A DNA stretch of 64,000 nt, from NCBI GenBank assembly GCA_047602405.1, contig JASGHJ010000001.1, forward strand, positions 384,001 through 448,000, written 5' to 3'. Below are positions 10,530 through 20,600 of the stretch, piece by piece; position 1 is the first letter of the stretch, and each line of letters opens with the position of its first letter. The position numbers and the translations under genes were made by a program. The notes under the pieces are model-generated. The model had not been told where the DNA came from. It made no database searches and saw only the letters and a list, made by a program, of their open reading frames with translations. This stretch comes from Anaeromyxobacteraceae bacterium (GTDB lineage Bacteria; Myxococcota; Myxococcia; Myxococcales; Anaeromyxobacteraceae).

Positions 10530-12350
10530 CTACTTCCGCTCGACGAGCTTCACCGGCACGACCCTGCGGGCGCCGGCGCGGACGTACTCGACCTCGACCG
10601 TCTCGCCGGGGCGGTTCGCCTTGAGCGCGTAGGCGAGGTCCTGGAGGTTCTGCACCTTCGTCGCGCCGATGCGGACGATCACGTCGCCCGCGGCGAGCCC
10701 GGCGCCCTCGGCCGGGCTGCCCGGGCGGACGCCGGAGAGCAGCACGCCCGGGTCCGGGCGCTCGCCGAACTCCGGCACGGCGCCCAGGAACGCGCCGCCC
10801 GTGCGGCCGCCGCCGCCGCGGCCCACCACGCCCTCCTTCGGCGGCTCCACCCGCACGACCGCGAGCCGGTCCTGCGCGTCGGCGAGGTCCCGCACCACCC
10901 GCCCGGCGTAGCGCGCGACCTCGGCGACGGCCTTGCCGTCGATCTTGTCGGCGGTGTCGCTCGGCCGGTGATAGTCGAGGTGGGCGCCGGTGAAGAAGTA
11001 CAGCACCGGGATCCCCTTCGCGTAGAAGGCCGTCGAGTCGGACGGTGCGTAGCCCTCGCCGTCCCACGCGAGCTTGAGCGTCACGGCCGGCGCCCGCTCC
11101 GCCAGCGCGCGGACCCGCTCGCGCAGCCCCTTCGCCGTGTCGACGCCCTGCACGTAGACCTTCCCGCCCTGCGGGCGGCCCACCATGTCGAGGTTCACCA
11201 TGAGCTGGATCTTCTCGGCGGGGCAGGCGGCCGGGAGCTCCTTCACGAGGTGCGTCGAGCCGAGGAGCCCGGTCTCCTCGCCGGTGAAGTGGACGAAGAG
11301 GAGCGTCCGCCGGAGCGGCGGGCCCGCCCTGAAGCCGCGCGCGAGCTCGAGCACCGCGGAGGTGCCGGAGGCGTTGTCGTCGGCGCCCGGGTGGACCTGT
11401 CCGACCTGCGTGGGCGCGAGCGAGGTCTCGCCGCCGAAGCCGAGGTGGTCGTAGTGCGCGCCGACGACCACGCACTCCCCGGCGAGCGCCGGGTCCGCGC
11501 CCGGCAGCACCGCCGCCACGTTCGAGGAGGTGGTCTTCTCGTGCACCACCGTGATCTCGAGGGTGGCCTTCAGGCCGAGCGCCCTCGAGCGCGGCTTCAG
11601 GTCCGCGCCGATGGGCGCCGCGAGCGCCGCGACGTCCACGCCCGCCTCCTTCAGCGCCGCGAGCGTCACCCGCGCCGCGAGGACGCCGCCCCGCGAGCTC
11701 GTGGCCTCGGACCAGGCCGGCAGGTCGTCGGCCGCGGGGTGGTGCCAGTCGTCGCGCACCGCGAGCAGCGCGGCGGCGCCGTGCTCGCGCGCGGTGATCG
11801 CCTTCTGGCGCCACTCGCCGAGCGCGAAGTTCTTCGGGTCCCGGAAGGGCGAGGCCGGGTCCTGCTCGCGCGGGAAGTCCTGCGCGACGACGACGATCTT
11901 CCCCTTCACGTCGAGCCCGGCGTAGTCGTCGTAGCCGAGCGCGGGCGCCGAGATGCCGTAGCCCGCGAAGACGAGCTCCGCCTCCACCTTCCCGTCGTCC
12001 GAGAAGCCGAACGGGACGAAGCCCTTCGAGAGCTCCACCGGCCTCCCCGCGAGCGCGAGCGCGTTCGGCGCGCCGAGCCGGGCCCGCCACGGCACCTCGA
12101 AGCGCTGCTGGTAGCCGGCGTCGAACGCGGGCGCGAGGCCGAGCGCCCGGTGGCGGGCCTCGAGCCAGTCGGCGGCCGCGGCGAGGCCCGGGGTGCCGAT
12201 GCCGCGCCCGGTGCGGGCGGGGTCGGCGAGCCAGGTCACGTCGGCGCGGAGCCGGGCCGGGTCGGGCGAGAGCTCTCCGGGCGGCGGGCGGACGGCGGCG
12301 CAGGCGGCGGCGAGGAGCAGGGACGCGGCGGCGACGCGGGCGAGGCGCAT
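10530..12350 (-). CDS. M28 family peptidase lipoprotein with PA and PDZ domains
   Basis: Lipobox LAAAC; GAHYDHLG, GADDNASG, FTGEETGLLGS, NLDMVG, DYHRPSD; C-terminal PDZ GSPAEGAGLAAGDVI. Confidence 0.9.
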   Translation of the reverse strand: MRLARVAAASLLLAAACAAVRPPPGELSPDPARLRADVTWLADPARTGRGIGTPGLAAAADWLEARHRALGLAPAFDAGYQQRFEVPWRARLGAPNALALAGRPVELSKGFVPFGFSDDGKVEAELVFAGYGISAPALGYDDYAGLDVKGKIVVVAQDFPREQDPASPFRDPKNFALGEWRQKAITAREHGAAALLAVRDDWHHPAADDLPAWSEATSSRGGVLAARVTLAALKEAGVDVAALAAPIGADLKPRSRALGLKATLEITVVHEKTTSSNVAAVLPGADPALAGECVVVGAHYDHLGFGGETSLAPTQVGQVHPGADDNASGTSAVLELARGFRAGPPLRRTLLFVHFTGEETGLLGSTHLVKELPAACPAEKIQLMVNLDMVGRPQGGKVYVQGVDTAKGLRERVRALAERAPAVTLKLAWDGEGYAPSDSTAFYAKGIPVLYFFTGAHLDYHRPSDTADKIDGKAVAEVARYAGRVVRDLADAQDRLAVVRVEPPKEGVVGRGGGGRTGGAFLGAVPEFGERPDPGVLLSGVRPGSPAEGAGLAAGDVIVRIGATKVQNLQDLAYALKANRPGETVEVEYVRAGARRVVPVKLVERK

Positions 12351-12388
12351 CCCGGGAACGTACAGGAAGCGCGGGCCCGCGGGCAGCC

Positions 12389-14894
12389 CTAGGCCGCCGG
12401 CCCGCCCCGCCGGCGCAGGAGCCAGGCCGGGAGCGCCACCAGCGCCGCGATCACGCAGGCGAGCTCGCCCACCGAGGCGAGCGCGCCGAAGCCCTGCAGG
12501 CCGCGGTTCTGCGCGACGAGGAGCGACCCGTAGCCGATCACCGTCGTGAGCGAGCAGAGGCCCACCGCGCCGCCGGTCTCCCGCAGCACGCGCGAGAGCG
12601 AGCCGCGGCCCTCGGCGCGCCAGCGCTGCACGATGTTCACGGCGTAGTCCACGCCGATGCCGAAGGTGATGGGCAAGGTCACGAAGTTGAGGAAGTTGAG
12701 GCGCACGCGCGTCGCGCCGGCGATCCCGAGCAGCCAGAGCACCCCGAGGAGCAGGCTCCCGAGGACGAGCGCGGACGCGCGCAGGCTCCGCATCGAGAGG
12801 AGCACCAGCACCACCACCGAGGCGAAGGCGAAGACCGTGGCGATCGGGCCGTCGCGCAGGATCGCGTCGGCGATGTCGATGAAGAGGCATCGGTTGGCCG
12901 AGGGTCTGCGCCCGCGCGCCGGAGCGGTCGATGGCGCCGCGGAGGAGCTCGGTGAGGGACCGCATCTCGACCGGCGTGAGCGTGCCGACGTGGCGCGGGA
13001 AGGCGAGCGCGATGCGCCCGCGGGTGCCGTCCCGCTCGGTGAGCGGCTGGCGGATGATGGCCGGGAGGTCGTCCACCGTGATCGGGCGGACGTCGGGCGG
13101 GGGCCGGAGCGCGAGCACCTTCGCGCGGAGCTCCGGCTCGAGCCGCGCGAGCCGCGCGTCGGTGAGGGTGTCGCGCAGGCGGTTCAGCCGCTCGACCTTC
13201 GCCTCCTGGTCCTTCGGCACCACCGTGCCGAGGGTGCGCACCTCCCGGATCGGGTCGGCGGCGCCGAGCGCCGCGCGATCCCGGTCGAGCTGGGCGACCA
13301 CCTTCTCGAGCTCGGCGGGCGTCTCGCCGACGACCACGAGGGGCGTGAGGTAGGTCTGGAACACCTGGTCCTGCCTCGTGCCCCAGAACTGCGCCCCCTC
13401 GCGCTCGCTCTTCGCGGCGCGGAGCTTCCTGAGGTCGTACTCGACGATGTCGCCGCGGTAGCTCGCGATCCCGGCGATCGCGAGCGCGGTCGCGAGGCCC
13501 GTCACGGCGAGGATCCGCTTCGGGTGGGTGCCGTTCAGCCAGGAGACGAACCGGCCGATCAGGGAGTCGCGGACGTCCACCCGCTCCCCGGTCCGCATCG
13601 CGTCGAGCGCGGCGAGGAGCGGCGGGAGGAGCAGGTACGCGGTCACCCAGCAGAGCGCCATCCCCAGCCCGCCGATGATCCCGAACTGGCTGAAGCCGCG
13701 GAAGTCGGTGACCGCGAGCGAGAGGTACGAGAGCCCGGCGCCGAAGCTCGCCACGAAGGTCGCGGCGAGCGTCCCCGCGAAGGCCTCCTCGTTCGCCTCG
13801 AGCACGCCGCGCCCCCGGCGCCGCTCCTCGAGGTAGCGGGCCACCACGATGATCGAGACGTTGATGCCGTTCCCGATGACGATCGAGCCCAGGAACGCGG
13901 TGTTGGTGTTGAGGTAGCCGACCAGGAACCAGGAGACGCCGAAGGTGAGCGCGCAGCCCACCGAGAGCGCGCCGGCGATGGAGAGGATGGCCGACCAGCG
14001 CCGGAAGTAGAACCAGAGGAGCGCGAGGGTGAGCGCGAGCACCACGACCGCCGACGAGAGCAGGTCGGCCGCGAGCGCCTCCTGCTCCTCGACGATGGTG
14101 GCGACCTCGCCGCCGTAGCCGATCTGGATCGTGGGGTCGTAGCGCTCGGGGTGGAGCACGGCGAGCTCCCTCTTCACCGCGTCGAGCACGGCGAGGTTCG
14201 ACTCGAGGTTCGTCGCCGAGAGCGGCGGCCGGACGAGCAGCACCAGGATCTTCCCGTCCGGGGTCTGGTAGTAGCCGTTCCGGAAGCGCGCGACCGAGCC
14301 GCCGGCGCGCGCGACCCGGGCCTCGACGTCGGAGAAGTCGAGCGGGGGCGCGGGCCCCACGTCCTCCTCGTCGCCGAGGAGGTCGAGCATCGGGTTCGCC
14401 TTCCTCTTCTCCCAGGCGATCCGCCGGTCGATCCGGCCCTGGATGGTGTCGAGGTCCTCGACCGAGAGGTAGAACCCGCCGAACCTCCGGAGGAACGCGG
14501 TCTCCTCGTCCACCCGGTAGTCGACCGCCCGGACCACGCCCGGCGGGAGCTTCCTCAGGCGCGGGGCGAGGTCGTCGGCGAGGCGGGCGATCGCGTCGCC
14601 GTCCTGGCCGGTGATCACCACCGACAGCGTCGAGACGCTGTAGAGCTTCGGCCCGAGCGTGCGCGCCGCCGCCACGCTGGGGGCGGTGTCGGGCAGGAGC
14701 TCCTCGAAGCCGGAGCGCAGGTTCGCGTAGAGCCGGACCGAGAAGAAGGTGCCGAGGACGAAGAGGACGAGCGCCGCGCCGAGGACGAGGCGGCGGTTGC
14801 GCACGAGCCCGGGGACGAGCGCGTGCGCGAGCCTGCGGGAGTACCCACCGTAGCCGGCGGGCACGGGACCCGGGTCCGGGCCGTTCCCGTCCAC
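12389..14894 (-). CDS. MMPL/RND family transporter (HpnN-like), split by a single-base insertion near 12887
   Basis: Two TM repeats (IVIGNGIN; ITFGIGVDYA). Reading ATG CTC TTC ATC instead of ATG CCT CTT CAT joins the N-terminal frame to ORF 12389..12817; start uncertain. Confidence 0.85.
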
Positions 14895-15034
14895 TGCCGG
14901 ACCGGCCGGCCGCTCTGCGTCTCTGGTCTCCTGCACGTCGAGGGCCCCGGCCGCGCGTGCGGCGGGGCTCGCGGTTCGATACTTGAAGGACCCGCCGTTG
15001 CCAAGTAGCTTCAGAGCTTTCTGGCGGATCTCCC

Positions 15035-15689
15035 ATGCGCGCCCCACACCTCCTGGCACTCCTCCTTTCCCTTGCGCTCCCCGCGGTGGCCCACCCGGAG
15101 TCCGCGACCGAGGCGCTGAAGGCCCGGGACGCGGAGATCCGCGCCGCCCTGCCGCCCGCGGGGGTCGAGCCCTCGCCCGCCGTCCGGGCGAAGCTGGAGT
15201 CCATCGTGACCCGGGCCGTCGACCTCGACGGCATGGTGCAGAAGGCCATGGGGAAGAGCTGGGGCCAGGCCACCCCCACCCAGCGGAAGCGCATCGTCGG
15301 CGCGTTCACGAAGCGCTTCGGCGCCCTGACCGGCGGGCAGCTCGACTCCTACCGCTCGACCGACGTCGCCTACGGCGCGGAGGCCCCGGGCGCGGGCGGC
15401 ACCACGACCGTCCCGACGAAGGTCGTCGTGAAGGGCGAGCCGACCGAGATCGCCTACGCCCTGAGGAAGCAGGGCGCCGGCTGGCGGATTCGAGGACGTC
15501 GTGATCGACGGCGCCTCCACGGTGGAGGGCTTCCGCTCCTCGTTCGCGAAGACCATCGCGAAGGAGGGCATCCCGGGGCTCGTGACGAAGCTCGAGAAGG
15601 CGGCGGCCCAGAGGTCCACGAAGCCCGCGCCACCGCCCTCCCCGAAGCCCGGGCCGTCCCCGAAGCCCCCCGCCGGGGCGAAGCCGTAG
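15035..15689 (+). CDS. MlaC/Ttg2D (HpnM-like) lipid-binding periplasmic protein, single-base insertion near 15490
   Basis: Signal peptide; removing one T from CGGATTCGAG restores WRIEDVVIDGASTVEGFRSSF, the MlaC WxxxDVxxxG-S motif. Confidence 0.8.
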
Positions 15690-15754
15690 CTTTCGACGAA
15701 ATCGGCGTGCGCCGCCGGGCGTAGGGAGCCAGGCTCCCCACCTCCGGAGGAACC

Positions 15755-17668
15755 ATGCCCACCCGCCTCGCCCGTCCCCTCGCCCTCGCCGGTCTCGCAG
15801 CCGCCTGGGCGCTCGCCGCCGCCCCGGCCCGCGCCGACGCCCCCCGCCCCGCCCGCACGTACACCATCGAGCAGTTCCTCACGACCGAGTCGGTCGGCGG
15901 CGCGAGCTTCTCCGCCGACGAGAAGCGCCTCCTCTTCTCCTCGAACCGCACCGGCATCTGGAACGTGTACGAGGTGCCGGTGGCCGGCGGCCCGGCCCGG
16001 GCGATCACCGCCTCGACCACCGACTCGACCTACGCGGTCTCGTACTTCCCGAAGGACGACCGCATCCTCTTCACGCGCGACCAGGGCGGGAACGAGCTCA
16101 ACCACCTCTTCGTCCGCACCCCCGACGGCAAGGATCGGGACCTCACGCCCGGCGAGAAGCTCAAGGCCTCCTTCGCCGGGTGGAGCCGCGACCGGAAGGC
16201 GTTCTACGTCACCACGAACGAGCGCGACCCGAAGTTCATGGACGTCTGGCGCTACGACGCCGCCACCTACGCCCGCACCCGCGTCTTCGAGAACCCGGGT
16301 GGCTTCTTCCCGGACGCGATCTCCGGCGACGGCCGCTTCATCGCGCTCGTGAAGCCGAACACGACGACCGACAACGACGTCCACCTCTACGAGGTGGCGA
16401 CGAAGAAGCTCACGCACCTCACGAAGCACGAGGGCGCGATCTCGTACAACCCGGGCGAGTTCGACCCCGCCTCGAAGGCGCTCTACTACACGACCGACGA
16501 GGGCGGCGAGTTCCGGCGCGTGCGGCGCTACGTGCTCGCGACCGGCAAGCACGAGGACGTCGAGCGGGCCGAGTGGGACGTGATGTACACGGCCTTCTCG
16601 CGGGACGGCCGCTTCCGGGCCACCGCCGTGAACCAGGACGGCGCGACCGTGGTCCGCGTGGTCGACCGCACCGGGAAGCCGGTCGCGCTGCCGGCGCTGC
16701 CCGCCGGCGAGATCACCTCGGTCGAGTTCTCCGACTCCGAGAAGCTCGTCGCGTTCTACGCGAGCGGCGACCGCTCGCCCTCGAACCTCTACGTCTGGCG
16801 CGTCGGCGAGCCGGAGGCGCGCCGGCTCACCGACACGCTCTCGAAGGACGTCGACCCCGCCGACCTCGTGCAGAGCGAGGTGGTGCGCTTCCGGGCCCGC
16901 GACGGGCTCACGATCCCGAACATCCTCTTCAGGCCGCACCAGGCGGCGCGGGGCAAGGTCCCGGCGCTCGTCTGGGTCCACGGCGGGCCGGGCGGCCAGA
17001 CGCGCCAGGGCTACTCCGCCGTCATCCAGTACCTCGTGAACCACGGCTACGCGGTCCTCGGCATCAACAACCGGGGCAGCTCCGGCTACGGGAAGACCTT
17101 CTACGCCGCCGACGACCAGAAGCACGGCAAGGAGCCGCTGTGGGACTGCGTCGACGCGAAGGCGTGGCTCGCGGCCCAGCCGTGGGTGGACGCGGACAAG
17201 ATTGGGATCATCGGCGGCAGCTACGGCGGCTACATGACGCTCGCCGCGCTCGCCTTCCAGCCCGACGCGTTCCAGGTCGGCGTCGACATCTTCGGCGTCG
17301 CGAACTGGGTCCGGACGCTGCAGAGCATCCCGGCCTGGTGGGAGGCCCAGCGCAAGGCGCTCTACGGGGAGATGGGGAACCCCGAGACCCAGCTCGACAT
17401 GCTGAAGGAGATCTCGCCGCTCTTCCACGCCGAGAAGATCCGCCGGCCGCTCCTGGTCCTGCAGGGCGCGAACGACCCGCGGGTCCTCAAGGTCGAGTCC
17501 GACGAGATGGTGGAGGCCGTGAAGAAGAACGGCGTGCCGGTCGAGTACGTCGTCTTCCCCGACGAGGGGCACGGCTTCTCGAAGAAGGCGAACCAGATCG
17601 AGGGCTACGGGAAGGTCCTCGACTTCCTCGACCGGCACCTCAAGGGCGCGAAGCCCGCCGGGAGCTGA
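15755..17668 (+). CDS. S9 family serine peptidase (dipeptidyl/acylaminoacyl peptidase)
   Basis: Signal peptide, propeller region, VHGGP, GGSYGG, QGANDPRV, FPDEGHGF; GGAGG RBS. Confidence 0.93.
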   Translation: MPTRLARPLALAGLAAAWALAAAPARADAPRPARTYTIEQFLTTESVGGASFSADEKRLLFSSNRTGIWNVYEVPVAGGPARAITASTTDSTYAVSYFPKDDRILFTRDQGGNELNHLFVRTPDGKDRDLTPGEKLKASFAGWSRDRKAFYVTTNERDPKFMDVWRYDAATYARTRVFENPGGFFPDAISGDGRFIALVKPNTTTDNDVHLYEVATKKLTHLTKHEGAISYNPGEFDPASKALYYTTDEGGEFRRVRRYVLATGKHEDVERAEWDVMYTAFSRDGRFRATAVNQDGATVVRVVDRTGKPVALPALPAGEITSVEFSDSEKLVAFYASGDRSPSNLYVWRVGEPEARRLTDTLSKDVDPADLVQSEVVRFRARDGLTIPNILFRPHQAARGKVPALVWVHGGPGGQTRQGYSAVIQYLVNHGYAVLGINNRGSSGYGKTFYAADDQKHGKEPLWDCVDAKAWLAAQPWVDADKIGIIGGSYGGYMTLAALAFQPDAFQVGVDIFGVANWVRTLQSIPAWWEAQRKALYGEMGNPETQLDMLKEISPLFHAEKIRRPLLVLQGANDPRVLKVESDEMVEAVKKNGVPVEYVVFPDEGHGFSKKANQIEGYGKVLDFLDRHLKGAKPAGS

Positions 17669-17675
17669 GGCCCGC

Positions 17676-20600
17676 TCAGCGTGCGGCGAGCGCCTGCCGC
17701 ACGATCACGAACTCCACCCGCCGGTTCCTGGCGCGGCCGGTCGCGGTCCTGTTGGACGCGACCGGCCGGTCGGGGCCGTAGCCCCTCGCGTCGAGCCGCG
17801 CGTCGGCGACGCGGCCTGGACGAGGAAGGCGCGCACGCGCCTCGCGCGCCGGTCGGAGAGCGCGCGGTTCGCGTCGGCCTTGCCCTGCGTGTCGGTGTGG
17901 CCCTCGACGCGGACCCGCTCGAGCTCGGGGTGGTCCCGGAGCGCGCGGGCGACGGCCTCGAGGAGCGGGAACGACTCCGGGAGGATGGCGTCCCTCGCGG
18001 TCGCGAAGTGGACCTGCTCGAGGATGACGAGCCGCTCCTTCGTGACGACCACCTGCGGCGGAGGCGGCGCGGGGAGCGGCGCGGGCGCGGGCGGGGCGGG
18101 CGCGGCGACGACCGGCGGGGCCGGCGGCGCGGGGGCCGGGGCCTGGACCTGCACGATCACCGGCGGGGGCGGCAGCGGGACGACGAGCGCCGGCCTCGGC
18201 GCGGGCCTCGGGGCCGGCGGCGGCGCCGCGGCCACGGCCGGCGCCGGACGCGGCACGAAGGCCGCCGACGCGACGACGCGGAAGCGCGGCGTGCCGTAGC
18301 CGGCGCCGACGCCGGGGCCGCCGCCGAGCGTGAGCTCGAGGCCGAGCGGGAGCCGGGCGCGGGCGGCGAAGAGGAGCTCCATCGGGCTCGCGCGCGCGCC
18401 GCCGCCGAGGCTGGCCTCGCCCGCGAAGGAGCCGAGGAGCGCGAGGGGACCTCCCCCGACGCGGAAGGCGAGCGGGAGCTCCGCGGCCACCCCGTACGAC
18501 ACGGCCCGGCCGACCGAGAGGTCCACGAGCTGGCGCTCGCCGCGCGCGACGAAGCCGGCGCTCGCGAGCGCGCGGAGGCCGCGGGCGCCCCGCCACTCGG
18601 CGAGCGCCTCGAGGCCGCCGGTCACCTCGCCCTGCCCGGCGTAGGCGTCGCGCCTGCCGGTGGGGAGGCGCACGGGCACGCCGAGCGCGAGGCCGAGCGG
18701 CCCCGCGTCGACGAGGTGCGCCTTCGCGGCGAGCGAGACGTCGCCCAGGCTGGCGGCGGCCTTCGGCAGGGTGACGCCGGAGATCGACGGCCGGTCGCCG
18801 CTGGGCATCGTCATCGGCACGGTCGCCGCGAGCTCGAAGCGGTCGAGGAGGCCGATCGAGGCGCCGAGCTGCGCCGTGGTCTGGCTCGCGACGAGCGGCC
18901 CGGCCACGGAGGCGTCGGCGGTCGACGCGATCCGGAGCGGCTGGTCGGCGTAGGAGAGCCAGAGCGAGAGGTGGCGCTCGAGGTGGCCGGGGACCGCGGC
19001 GGAGGGCACCGCGAGCACGTCGGCGGCGCCGCCCTGCGGGTGGAACCGCTCGACGTCGATGGACTGGGCCGCCCCCGGGCGCGGCAGGGCGAGCGCGAGG
19101 AGGCCGGCGGCGACGCGGGCCGCCGGGCGGACCCGCACCGCGACGGCGGCGCGGCGCCGGCCCGCGCGGGCGAGCACGAGCGCGGCGAGGAGCGCGAGCG
19201 GGCCGGTGGCCCCGCCGGAGCTGCAGCCGGAGCCGGACACCGAGAGCGCGGCCGTCGTGGAGCCGGCCCGGCAGGTGCCGATCGGCTGCGGGTAGGCGCA
19301 GGCGTCGGCGTGGGTGCCGTCGCAGGCGGCCCCGCAGGCGGCGCCGCCGGGCTCGCAGGCCGTGCGGCCGCCGTGCGGCGCGCCCGTCACCGGGGTGCAC
19401 GCGCCGGCGTGGCCGGCGACGTCGCAGGCCTCGCACTGCCCATCGCAGGCGCGGTCGCAGCAGACCCCGTCCACGCAGGCGCCGCTCGCGCACTGGCCGC
19501 CGGCGCCGCAGGCCTCCGCCTGCTGCTTCTTCGGGGTGCAGACGCCCGCCGCGCACCAGCCGCCGGCGGCGCAGTCGGCGTCCGTCCCGCAGTCTCCCTT
19601 GCAGGCGCTCGCGCCGCAGGCGTACGGGGCGCAGTCCACGGTCTCCGCCGCCGGGCAGTGGCCCGCGCCGTCGCAGGTCGCGGGCACGGTGGCGACGCCC
19701 GCGGCGCAGGCGCCCGCGCGGCAGGCGGACCTCGGGAAGGTGCACGCCGCGCCGTTCGCGCCGTCGCAGGCACCGCCGCAGGCGGTGCCGTCGGACTCGC
19801 AGGCGGGGCGCGGCCCGACCGGCGCGCCGGTCACCGGCGTGCAGGCGCCGGCGTGGCCGGCGACGTTGCAGGCCTCGCACTGGCCGTTGCAGGCGCCGTC
19901 GCAGCAGACGCCGTCGGTGCAGAAGCCGCTCGCGCACTGGGCGTTGCCGGCGCAGGCCTGGCCGCCGCCGAGGCGGGGCTGGCAGACGCCGGCGGCGCAG
20001 TAGTTTCCGGCCGCGCAGTCGCCGTCGACGGCGCAGTCGCCGCGGCAGGTGCTCTCGCCGCAGGCGTAGCCGCCGCAGCCCACGGTCTGGGCCGCCGGGC
20101 ACGCGCCCGCGCCGTCGCAGGCGGCGGCGAGCGTGGCCGTGCCGGCGCTGCAGGAGGCGCCGCGGCAGGCGGTGGCCGCGCCGGGGTAGGCGCAGGCGCC
20201 CCGGACCGCGCCATCGCAGGCGCCGCCGCAGGCGGAGCCGTCGGAGGCGCAGGCGGCGCGCGCGCCGTGGGGCGCGCCGGCGACCGGCGCGCAGGTGCCC
20301 ACGCTGCCCGGCACGTCGCACGCCTCGCACTGGCCGTTGCACGCCGCGTTGCAGCAGACGCCGTCCGCGCAGTGGCCGCCCGCGCAGGCGTCGTCGGCGG
20401 AGCAGGCCGCGCCCGGGCCGCCCTTCGGCACGCAGGCGCCCGCGGAGCACCAGGCGCCCGCGGCGCAGTCGGCGTTCACCTGGCAGGCCGCGAGGCAGGC
20501 GGTGGCGCCGCAGGCGTACTCGCCGCAGCCCAGGGTCTGCGGGGCCGGGCACGCACCCGCGCCGTCGCAGGCCGCCGCGAGCGTGGCGGTGCCGGCGCTG

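Noticed and set aside
10530..15059. 1509-aa MMPL-peptidase fusion ORF
   Set aside because: Artefact of the frameshift near 12887; the peptidase has its own ATG and lipobox, and the transporter C-terminus is in another frame
12880..17820. Programmed frameshifting or phase variation at the broken genes
   Set aside because: No slippery heptamers or long homopolymer tracts at the sites
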